Source: Balanoglossus misakiensis
Taxonomy: Eukaryota; Animalia; Hemichordata
Direction of reading: 5' to 3'
Assembly (NCBI GenBank): GCA_040954595.2
Contig: CM082587.2
Coordinates: 7,181,705-7,245,704, forward strand
Length of the DNA stretch: 64,000 bases
Part shown: positions 12,101 to 25,200 of the stretch, piece by piece
How the letters are laid out: every line of letters starts with the position of its first letter
How positions within the stretch are numbered: the stretch's first letter is position 1
Made by a program: the position numbers and the translations under genes
Notes under the pieces: model-generated
Seen by the model: only the letters and a program-made list of their open reading frames with translations
Database searches by the model: none
Told to the model about the DNA's origin: nothing

Positions 12101-13917
12101 TAAAGATTGTTACTGAAATATTGAAAACAATCAAGGTTGGGATAAGAGCTGACACGAAATATGAACGTACAAGTATGCAAATCTGGTGTGTGGTATATCT
12201 TGTAATTATCGTTTCCTTCCGTGCCACATAAAGTTGGATTTGCCTGGGTATAACCCGATTACCTATATGATGAACGCCGTAACTCAGAGAATCGTCTGAG
12301 ACCTTAGACAGACACGGTGGACGCTGTATCATGGAGTATCTGTCAATCATGCGGCGGGGATGTCTGTCTTGGTATGTCGGCCATTGAAAACGCCTTAGTT
12401 ACAATGGCTGTAGTGCTGATATCGTCTTTAGTGTTCCCCCGTTGACGATGACCCCATCCATTAGTAGAAGTCACACGTGCATCCGTTGGGAACTTGTTAA
12501 ATCGTGGATATCGACCGGCAGAGCTTTTTCACTCTTTCATCGGATAAATTTAAGTCAACAGCAGTTTAATTTAAATTCATATTCACGCACTATATTATTT
12601 CGTTAATGATTTTAGAAACACTTTCATTTCAACGTGCGTGGCGGCGCCGGTGGAACAGGTGAGGCGAGAGGGTGATTAGGAGTGAATAAACTTATTCACT
12701 GCCCCTCCCCGAACTTATTTCCATGGTGACGTACATTTGATACCGTTATCCGCCATGCAGGTGCCAAAGTTGCCTTGGTGAAGATCACTTTCCCAATCAA
12801 GGACAAAGAACAGGTGATACAGGCCTACAGAGACGCCCTCGACGCCAACCCCGACACAAAAGTGGCCGTTATTGATCACATCATCAGTTACATGACCTTC
12901 GTCAACCCCGTGAAGGAATTGGTGGAGTTGTGTCATAGCAGAGGTGTTGAAGTGATCATTGATGGTGCGCATGCTCCAGGCCAGCTGAAACTCAATCTGT
13001 CAGACATTGGTGCTGATTACTACGCAGGTATAAAGATACTTAAATTATTGGACAGTTTTAAAGAGATTGATTACGCATGCAATGTATCACTTCAGATGTA
13101 AGGTAACATTCTGCAAAATACTTTGATATATACGTACAGTAATAATAAACCATTTTTTCAGGTAACATCTACAAGTGGTGTCTGTCCGGTCGTTGTGCCT
13201 TCCTCTACGTCGATCCCAAACACCAGAAAGACATCAGACCTGTGGTCACTTCAAACAACTACCACAAAGACTGGAGACAACAGTTTTATTACCAGGGAAC
13301 TAGGGACTACACTGTCTACCTGACCGCTGGTGATGGTCTCAAATTTATCAACGACATAGGGGGCCTGGTAAGATGAAGTCGCTAGTCATATTGAAATGAT
13401 TTGCATATCAGATGCAGATGGAAATGACAAAAAAAAAAAAATATTGGCGTGACAGAGACGGGCGGACGGACGGACAGACACAAACAGGTGGTCATAGACG
13501 GACGCTCGCCATATAAGGCCGCAAGTTGCAACAACATATTGTCGTGGTTTTTTTCAGGATGCATTGTACGGTTACATCACACCATTGGTGGAATGGGCCG
13601 CCGATACGCTGACCAAGGCTTGGAGCACAGAACGCTTGCAAATCCCGAAAGACATGCAAGCCCCGTTCATGATCGTGGTCGGGTTTCCGTACACCAACAG
13701 GCATCCGATGACCGGCGAGGGCAGTGTGGCCATCATGAGAGATTTGTGGGAGAAGTACCAAGTGCAATGTCTTGTCAATGCCGAAGGTGGACAGTTCTGG
13801 TGTCGTCTCACCGGTCATGTCTACAGCACCAAAGACGACTTCTGCAGACTGAGGGATGCCGTACTGGATTACATCAAGCCTGAAGCAGACAAAACCGGAA
13901 TTAACGAATTGAAATAA
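9165..13917 (+). CDS. PLP-dependent class V aminotransferase-fold C-S lyase (Egt2/hercynylcysteine sulfoxide lyase-like), copy 2, complete, 438 aa
   Basis: Exons 9165-9385, 10107-10249, 10577-10696, 12761-13027, 13162-13367, 13558-13917 sum to 1317 nt, an open frame ending in TAA. N-terminal FGREMREQEFLLD..FVNHCSCG corresponds to the family FG...F.LD...LNHGSFG motif. Internal exon sizes (143/120/267/206) are identical to copy 1. Confidence 0.92.
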
Positions 13918-14505
13918 TATGAGCCAATCAAACATGAACGATTTACCAAAGTAAGACTTAGGACGGTGTGTTCAAAGACTATACATATTCAATATGTAAA
14001 ATTTGATCCACCAGATAGTGCAATAATTTTTTTTCTGTACAGTCACGGAAGTTAAATATATGAATAATTTAGTAGCCAGTACTACGTATACTACACTTTC
14101 GAGAGAGAAAAAATACCCCAAAATTTGGGGAACAAGATTTGGTCCTGTGCTGACCCATCTAAATCAAATTTAAGGCATGTAACAGTGTATGCGCTTGGAT
14201 TTCCAAAAGTAAGTTAAAGTTGTGAAAACAAAAGTAGCAGCAGTGTTTGTTCACTGTTGGCGCTCTAAATGGGTACTGTGCCGCCAAAGTCCTGGTTTAT
14301 TACTTCGATTTATTATCCGAAAGTCTCCATTACACCCTAGAGGGAGACATTTCTTTAGCCGTAACAAGATGACACTTTGTAAGACATTTCTCTCGTTCGA
14401 CATTTGTTGCGATTTATTTTTTCCAGTCGTCAAAAAAATACATTACAATATACAGAGAATTCTGAGGCTGGGACTGTCTCTGTTTTCGTGACACTTTTGT
14501 GTTCT

Positions 14506-16012
<1,507 letters not shown>

Positions 16013-16552
16013 ATTGACCACCTGCATTTTACAAAAGCGAAAATGATTTATTTTTCTTAGATTGCACTTGTTCTATTTCTGGGCAGTCTCAGTCTATTTA
16101 CAGTGCATTTTGCTGTCAAAATCAATCAACCCCATTCACACTTCTAAATGAAAGAAAGTGAACCATTTCATTTGTTAAGATTGCCGAAAATCTAGTCACG
16201 TTTTCAATTCGCATTCTATCCTAATCGGACGTGAATGTCTCTTAATATCCTCCTACATGCCACGCTTATCCTAATGAGGATGAGACTACGATAAAGGTCC
16301 TATCGATATTTGAAAACAACGTGTTCCTGATGGACATGGAGGCTGCCATCTTGGATTCAGCTCGATCGTGGCGAGTCGAGGTTGAATTTTAGTCAATACC
16401 TATTTATTTCCGAATGATTCGGGTCTGTTAGGGTGAGATACCGAAACCATGTTATTTCAAAATGCTGACAGATGTGTGAGATTTCGTGATATGCTTCAAA
16501 TTTCGCTTATTTTAGTCGATTAACTGAACCCTAGTGATGTAGATCACACTAC

Positions 16553-16577
16553 CTTTCACAAGTCGGCCAGGAAAAAG
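16553..16577 (-). promoter_or_regulatory. RPS5: RPS5 non-coding first exon starting with a 5' terminal oligopyrimidine (TOP/TCT) tract
   Basis: Minus strand reads GT-CTTTTTCC-TGGCCGACTTGTGAAAG|GTAGT; the next exon begins at 16021, 9 nt before the ATG. This is typical ribosomal protein gene architecture. Confidence 0.75.
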
Positions 16578-16786
16578 ACTGACTGGACGGGTTTCATCGG
16601 CTGATCTCAAAGGGAAATTCAGTGCGCCATCTATGGCCACGGTTTTGTAAACTATCGGTAAGTAGAACGCCCTCTTTCGACGCAAACGACCAACATGGCC
16701 GCGATGTCGATTTCACCTCTCCCACGGGTGCGTCTCTATCGTCGAGTTGCGTGAGACTTTGATTCGGCATAGCTGGAGTGTCTGAG
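16578..16786. promoter_or_regulatory. Bidirectional RPS5/DIPK1 promoter and DIPK1 non-coding first exon
   Basis: CpG-rich; YY1-like AACATGGCCG at 16692-16701; GCGCCATCTA motif near 16624; strong + strand donor GAG|GTAAGT at 16786/16787; next acceptor TTTTCAG ends at 19092. Confidence 0.6.
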
Positions 16787-19248
16787 GTAAGTCACTTCTA
16801 TTTGGCATCATGGCTAGCTGCTACTCACAAACGTACCCGTTTTGCTCCAGTATGAGTTATAGTTCTGTAGCCTTCTTGGATCAGAGTGTATGTGCGAAAC
16901 TTCACTGTGATTGAAGTCAGTCGATGTCTGATTGGTTTGACACTGACACAAAAGGTAAACAATGCTACGGGAGAAGGGTGTGTTGACTGGTGAGAGAGAA
17001 CGTTCGCACATATGTAAGCGCAGGTACATATGATAGAACTCACCTCTTGTCTGTATAATCTAAACTTCAGCATACAAAGTAAAATTAGTTTGTCCTCAAC
17101 GAATTCTTAGTGTGCCACCGTGCAGTATACATACTACTACGGTACGAGTCTACTGTAGTTACTACCATTACGCCATAGGTGCACTGGTTTCACTGTTTAT
17201 CATGGTCATAATACATTCGACGGCGTTGACGTAGTGGTATGTAACATGCTGATAGACCAACTGTGCGCCGACCACAAAATAAGTTATTTGGCGCAATAAC
17301 GAGAAACTCGGAAAAGTATAGGGATAGAGCAAGGTTGCTACTATGCGAGACGTTTTGCCAGTTGTTGTTGTTGTTGTTGGGGGGGGGGGGGGTGGCCCAA
17401 GCAACGTTATGTGAACCTGTGGGTTGGACGGCAAAACAAGATTTTACCTTCCAACCTCCAACACAAGGCAAAACCTCGAGCTATTAAAGTACTGCAGCTG
17501 GGGAGAGAGGGGCGGTAGCGAATGTGGGCAGGGGACCAGGACAGAGTTGCTTTAGGTCACACATAAACATATGTATAATGTTTATATATGACATAACTGG
17601 GTGCATGTATATATACAAGTAGTAGTAGTACCCAGTTATTTGACAGGTACTGAATGCATTTCAAACTTAAAGCCCAGTATGGCCCCGCCCCCTGGTGCTT
17701 ATTGTTTTACTGCTGCCTGTTGAGTTGATTGACCCATAGACATACTGCTGTCTATGATTGAACACACAAGATAATAGGCTAGCTGCATGGTATCAGTCTT
17801 TTGATAATGTGTATTTTATAGAACTTGTCAACCAAATTGTTTGTCTGCAATGTCTATAAAACATGACTCAGCATGTATACAATGTATGTCAAGCAGACTA
17901 ACATGAAAAACCACAGAAAATTCAAAAAATGTTTTTTTAAAAATATAGCGAAATCTTTTTATTATTATTGGTATTATTTTTTTAAATTTTGTGTCAAAAT
18001 GCAATATTGTTAATGTTATTCAAATTAGCCAGTATTCTATCGCAAATTCCTGGGGTAAACACTGACCCTACAGCTAGAGTCTATAGCCCGTGTCATATCT
18101 ATTATAACAATGCGATATATTTAAAAATGTCCAATGCAGCTGTTGGTCTGATATATCCTAATGATAAAACAGAACTGACTCTGTACAGTGTACAGGTAGT
18201 ACCACAATACCAAAATATAATGTTAATAACAAGAGACAGCTATTTTTAAACCAATGAACACATGATTGAAAGCGATAGAGTTTACCGGGTATGTTGTTAC
18301 TTGTAGTTCTCAGCTGTTTGCCTTACATGTAAATTTTGACCGATCATCATTCTTATTAGTGGTAATTCTTTTTATAGTCACAGTACTTGAATACTTTTAC
18401 ACAGAAAAGCATAATTCCTTTCAACACTTGAGTATTTCAAACCTGGATTTCAAGATCCGTTTTAGGAGTGGAACAAGAAATTGTATACATGTATGATAGT
18501 ACTGCATGTAGACCCCAGCTGTAGTTGCATTTGACATTTGCATTTGGACTCCTCAGACTGTAGTACAGGCTAGACCCAAACACACTACACAGAAGACCTA
18601 AAAGAACCGAGGTACATGTACATTTGTACATGTGTACTGTGCTAATGGGGTACCGTAGCCAGCTACCTCACATTTTATCAGTTGTTCAACTGCCACCTTT
18701 TCCCTGCATGTTTGTACCTCACTGGCTGCTTTCATTAGTTCTTGAAGAAACAGTAAAATTGTATATTTCGTATGCATGAAGACAATTGCAGCGTTGGCTG
18801 TGTGTTACAAAAGTATGGACTAATCAGCACCCCACTGTTTTGTGCCCTTGGATCTTTTGAACTTTACACCAGAACACATTCTGAATAGAGTCGAGAACAT
18901 AAACAGTCCCTGCAAGGTCAGTACACACTGTACAGTCGCCACTTAAATTTGGATCTCAACCAATGGGTACAACACCCCCTCCTCTAATGCCAAGTAGCTG
19001 CAACTTTCTAATCTGTTGTGATGCTAAGCAGAGCACTGTGTAATCTGCGGTGAAGCCCAGTAACGTGTACATGTCTGCTCTGTTGTTTTCAGTGGCTGGC
19101 TTATCGTCAGAAGTGGAGTTTCTGTTTTGATCTACGCTGTCAACTCACAGAGTGTGTATTACAAGGTTGAGCATATCTGTCCGGTGTGTGTACTACAACA
19201 ACTCAATCTGACCAACTGATAACACGGTTGTCAGGGATTTTTTTCAAC

Positions 19249-22200
19249 ATGGCTGCCCGGTCCCCAATATGGAATCGTACATTCTTCTTCCAGGTAAGTT
19301 GCATTCATGCGTACGTTTTTTGTCAACGTTAGTGGACGCAGTCAACAACTCCTGCTTGAAATGAGTCACCAGGCTGATACTTTTCATGTGGAAAGGAAGC
19401 CTATTGATGTCTGTTTTTTTCAATTCATCTGTTGACATTCTTTGCAGTGCATTTGTTCTGGACAAAGAGCAGTGGTTGTAAATCTTGTCAACAACACAAG
19501 AATGACAATGCTATCAGCAAACTTACTATATAATATTGCCAGCACTGCCATTTGAGCAATGTGCAAAATTACAGTTAGAAAGACAAAAGATCTTGCCAAA
19601 TGTGTGTATTCTTTGGTTTTGGTTCAAAAATATTTTAAAGTGTGATACAACTACGAATTATGTAATAATATGGTCCAATACAAAAAATGTACATGTATCA
19701 TCATTATAATTTTTGTTGGACACATTTTTTTTTTAAAGTTTTATTTATCAAAATGTATTTGAAAGCTGTACATAGTGTTACAAAGAAGGGCGCAGTACAG
19801 GAAGATGTATCTTTGAAATAAAACTTCCAAGTATGTGTTAATGAATGCATAACAGCCCAAGCAACAGGAACTTGTAAATTTGGACTGTGAAACCAGATGT
19901 GCCTTTTGTCATCTCTATGACGTGGCCTTGTGTTTGACAATGTCAAAGTTACATACAGGAATGACTCTGGTGGGATCTGTGGTGGTGTGTCATGCATCGG
20001 AATGTTTGAAAACTGCATGAGTTTCCCCATCGGGATTTAAACCCACGTTCGCGTTTGTTCGCTCAAATTTATTATTTTCCTGCGCTTCTGTCGCCTCTGA
20101 TGGAAGATGTCTGCTACTGTACGCTGATCAGGCGCAACCCTGAAATACCACGCCTGTGTTTAGAATATTTCCAGGTCATTTAGCTTGTTATGAGTAATGT
20201 GGAAACTGTGGGCTGCCTGGTGGCATGCGACCGATGGGGTAAAGTTCAGTGCCATTATACTATTTCAAGGAATGGAACTTGTTGAAATGAAAATAAATCG
20301 AAAAATGTTCATGTAGTTGTGTAAAGTATTCGCGTTACATGTGGCACGAGGAACAGAAGTAATTTATTAAAATATAATTCATCGTCGAAATGATTTATCC
20401 CGTTGCTTATTGCATGTATACAGTCTGCAATTAAACAGCAAGCTCAGCATGGTTATTCCCCCTCCTCACCCTTGGGGGCTCACAGTGATGTTGGAGGGAT
20501 GTTTTGTTCCTATCCCAGGGAGGCATGTGGTCAGGGATATAGTAATTCCACCCCCTGCGAGGGGATGTGGGCTTCAATAGGGTGGAGAGGTGTAGTAGTT
20601 TCAGCTTGTAAGGCGCGACAACAGTGAGATTTCAGTACCAGGTTCTGAGATGTGGCTGTTGTGATATATTGCCGGGCAAGGAAGGTCATCTTGTGTGCGT
20701 GATTGAGGGTGAGGTGGCTGGCTGCTGACTGAGCTTGCCTGTCTCATGTCAGACAGCTGAGCGTATACAGTGTAGATGCGCACAGAGCAAAGCTGTGGAC
20801 GGGTTTGCTGATTACAAACGATGGGAGTTCACACATGAATGCTCTGTTTCACAGATCACTGTATTATTAGACTCGCTCCTGTCTATTGAGTTGAGTGGGC
20901 TCCTCTTAGCGTAATGACACTGATCTCTCTGCTTGTAAACTGCATGGACAGGTTTTTGCGTTGGGTGTACAATGTAACTGTTCTATTGGGATGTTCTGTT
21001 GACTCGTGTACAGGGAATAAGGAAAGGGCTTTGATCTATTGGGGACAGAGATGTTCAAGGTTGAAAAAATGTATCAAGTTTCCATTGAAAGTTTAATCTG
21101 ACTTATTTGCGGCTGTTTTTAAATCATTAGATTGTATTTACATTGTATTTAATTATTCTGGTAAAGTCTGTATCTCTGAAAGGGGATGTGTATTTCGCAG
21201 CTGAGAAATTTATTATCAGTATTGAAAACACCATTTTGCCCCCTGTACTCTTTATTTTCACTGGTATTGAAAATGGCATATCATCTTGTGTTCTCTGCAT
21301 TGAAACGTTTCTCATTGGAGTCTGTGAAATGGCCCTCATTTCAAAAGCATTTAAAACTAATGCTATAAAAAATTCATGCAGCTATGAAAATTTAATATCC
21401 TAGATGATGAATTCTCAGGTTATCGTGCTGACTGTGATACCTTTTTTAGCATTGGAATTTCAGTGGTATACCTTGCAAAATTGTGTACAGGGGTTGGGTA
21501 CTATATGTATGTGTACACTAAAACAATGAGAATCTAGTCAAATTATCAACTTATGATCCTGTCAGCGTTGAGTGTACATGTAGTATTTTGACTTTCAGTT
21601 ACAAACTGAGCATATTTAATTTTAAGGAGTCTTGTTCTCAGAAACACCAGCAAATGCACAGTTCATTTTGTGCTGTTTTTTTACATGTATTAACATGTGT
21701 GGAAATGAGAATTTAAGTGCGTAGGGGAGGGGGGATCATGGGAATGTCTAAAAACGAATGCAGTTTTTGTATTGCGTGTACTATAATATAGACCAATTGG
21801 GTGCTTGGCCATTATGTGCACTTAAAAACATCAATTTTGTGTCAGACCAACAAGCTTTATAAATACCAAATTTCAAACATTTTCACTGTTATTGTTAGTG
21901 ATTACATTTTGATACCGCATTTCTTGTATAGCTGCATGTAGTATATCGATCAGGGAGTACCTATTAGACTATATAGTACATGATGATCAATACAGCTATG
22001 ATGACCGCTGTACTTTAATCAATACTGGTTAGTGTCGCCCGTTGATTATTAATAGTTACAATACTAAGGGTTGATTTTTTTCACAGAGTGATGTTTTCAC
22101 TGTTTGAGTGGGTGAGTACAGTATTTTGCTTTGCCAGTTCTGGAGCATCAAAGCTAATAAAAGAAAACATGTTTTTTATATTTTTAGCCAGTTTTTTAAC

Positions 22201-25200
22201 ACAGTAGACTGTTGAGCTGATTCTTACAGTTTCAAGCAATACAAATTACACTAAAATACATGTATACAATGTATACATTTTGATATGGTGTCAGTCTGTA
22301 TATTAATGGATGCTAAGTCACCAAGTTGGACATTCACGTGACTACCGTAGTACATGTAGGTAGGAACGCATAAAATGAATGCTTTTTAATAGAAATTTAA
22401 CTAGGGACATGATTCATCACTTGAGAAACACTGTGAAATGTCAACCTGGTGAAAAATTAGTTGCATTTGCAGTAAAAACAGTTTGCAATGTTAAATGTGT
22501 GCGGAAATTTAATGATAGTGTACCGACTCTGCTGTCAGTTTTCAAATTTACTGGAAGTCATTGACTGGGGAAGTTGCAATAAAATGGGAAATGAAATGCG
22601 ATTTTTAGTTAGTGCGAGCAATAAGATAATAGCCCCGGGGTTTTTATCGTGTGTGAGTAATTAGTTATTGGTTAGATGGGCAATGATCACCAAATCATCA
22701 GTTTGTGCCCTGTAGGGAGTTGTTCTCTTGTTCAGAAATGTAGCTGCAAAGTGCATTTCTTCAAGAAGTATTATTACCATTTGGCATTTTATCGCCAGGA
22801 ATATAATAATTGCGTTTTGATTAATGGATGAAAATTAAGTGTGTTTGTGGCGTGCCTGTGGAAGTCAACGCTTTACAGGTTATCGAGCATACCAACAGCC
22901 AATGGGAAGGCTGGGGAAAAGTCCCATGATGCAGCTGGGAAACAAGATGTCTGAACCCTTGCAACAGCCAATGGAAGGGCCACAAAAAAAATCACATGAT
23001 GCAGCTGAATATCACATATGTAAACTCAGGCAACACCTATCTAATAAGAACACCTTCAGGAACAGAAAACACTGTTCTTAATAAAGTGGTGTTCTTAATA
23101 CACAGGTGATATTCCATAAATCAATCTTTTATTTCAAAAGTTCATTAAATATACAAATTGACGGCACACGTATAGTATAATCATGTAATTCTTGTACATG
23201 TAAAATAGATTTAAAAAGACCTTACAAACCTTTCAAAGTTAGCAACCAAATGGGTTCAAATTGATGTACGTATTTTATACATTACCATTGGAGTATTTTA
23301 GTAATTGACAAGTTGAAATGTTCAAATGGAAAACACAGTTAAAATTGCATTAGATTGTGCAGCATTATCAATATACCGGGCAATATAAATTCAGGATAAT
23401 GGCTGTGACGTGTCCTATGGCGGCAGATGTTATCTGGTATCAGGTGCGTAGTGAAGCAATTGAGTAATGCTTTGAATATATCCCATTTAGATTTCGATTT
23501 GATGGTTCAGATGAAGTGCTCTTACTTTTGAGAAATTTCAATGCACGGTGACTGACCTACATGTATCAGTATTCAAATAGAGACATACATGTAAGATGGC
23601 CGCTGGACAATGTATGGGTACACGTATATCAAATTTTATACATTTGACACCAAATTGTGTGATCAGATTTGAGAATATTTTGCGGCGATGATGTGCAGTG
23701 GAGTTTTGATACTCTACTACTCTCAAATGCATTATAATTTTTCTAATATAATAGCTTCCCCGAAATGACTTTTTTGCAGTACATTGTTTGTATTCCACAT
23801 GACCAGGGCAGCTAGACTACTAGGTTTGTGCTTCAACAAAAATTCAAAACAAACCACATTTCCGGGCATCCAAGTGAAACAATTTTTTTTATGGGATTCA
23901 GTGAAATAATTTGCTGCAGAAAATTTCATAATGTTTGTTTTGGAATCTTGCAATTATCCATCATTGTACATACATGAATCATATGACCCCTTTCATCCCT
24001 ATTTCTCGCGACATGAGCAGACCCTTCCCATTGAAAAGTATTGGGGATTAGACACCCAAGTCAATAGAACGGGGGTGTGGGGCTGAGTCACAGCAGACGC
24101 ATGATAGAGTACAGTTGTCCTCAGACACAATGATAAATAGATATTGCCACTTGCGTGCAATAAACGCCAAATGATATATGTAGTTAATGCTATCTGATGG
24201 CAAAGTGAGATGGGATATTAATCTTCGTGACTGCAGTGGTCTCAATATGCAACTACATCACTGAAATTATCAAGTCTAATGTACACCTTTTTTTTACCCA
24301 GCTCTCTCTGTAGAGATCCAGCTTTACCTGAGGAAAAAATGGATTTGGACCAAACCATGGTAGTGAAAGGGTTAAATACATGTAGATAGCCCTGTGGCCA
24401 GTATGCACAATATTTAATCAAGCTTTAGTTGCTGGAAAACATGTACAAGTAAATTGTACGATTGTATGTGTTTAAAGGTACTACATGTATGTAGAGAACT
24501 TCTGGGTGTTAAAAATATTCATAGAATTAGAATAGTTGATTTTTTTTTAGATTTTTCTTTCAAAAGTCATAAAAAGATATTGTCATGGTGGGTACATCTC
24601 TGATATTTTGTGTGTCTTTCAAGATGTACCATGGTGGGGATCATGTTTTCTTGGTCCAAAATGCTCTTGAAAGGCCAATGTTCTTTTATCAGCTTTTAAT
24701 ATCTACAACAGTAGACGCAAATGGATCAACTTGATAAATGTTTCAGCGGAAAAAAACCCAAATGCTTTCCATCATATAAATATTTAATGTCAACAAGACC
24801 TAATTCGAGAAGCAGGGATTGAAAATTGCCTCTTTAAGTTGTCTTCTTGAGAGTTGTGCAGATGCGGATGTCCCTGAGCCTGGTCACAGAGGACAAGTAC
24901 ATCCAAACCAAACAAGTTTTTTCTCATTTCTAGATTCTTTACGATTAGATAACACGGCGTAAAATATCCTAGCGTGGTAGCCATTAGTCAAATTGATGAG
25001 TGTGGTCAACTCCGTAAATGATCTATCGTGTTTTCAAAGCTCCTTTAGAATTGCGACTGAGGATTATCGTCGTGCATCTAAGATCTCTGATCTCGTAATG
25101 CAATTGCGATGTGTCAGAAAATGAACATGCGTGTGGTCTTTTGGGAAACAGCAGTGTTCTAATGGCCCATGATTTATTGACTTGCATATTTTGTGGAAAA

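Noticed and set aside
13445-13545. GACGGACGGACAGAC tract suggestive of a Helentron-type element
   Set aside because: Termini could not be defined; too little to call.
21180-21340. Recurring ATTGAAA units resembling CRISPR repeat ends
   Set aside because: Only 7-9 bp shared, irregular spacing, eukaryotic intron, no cas genes.
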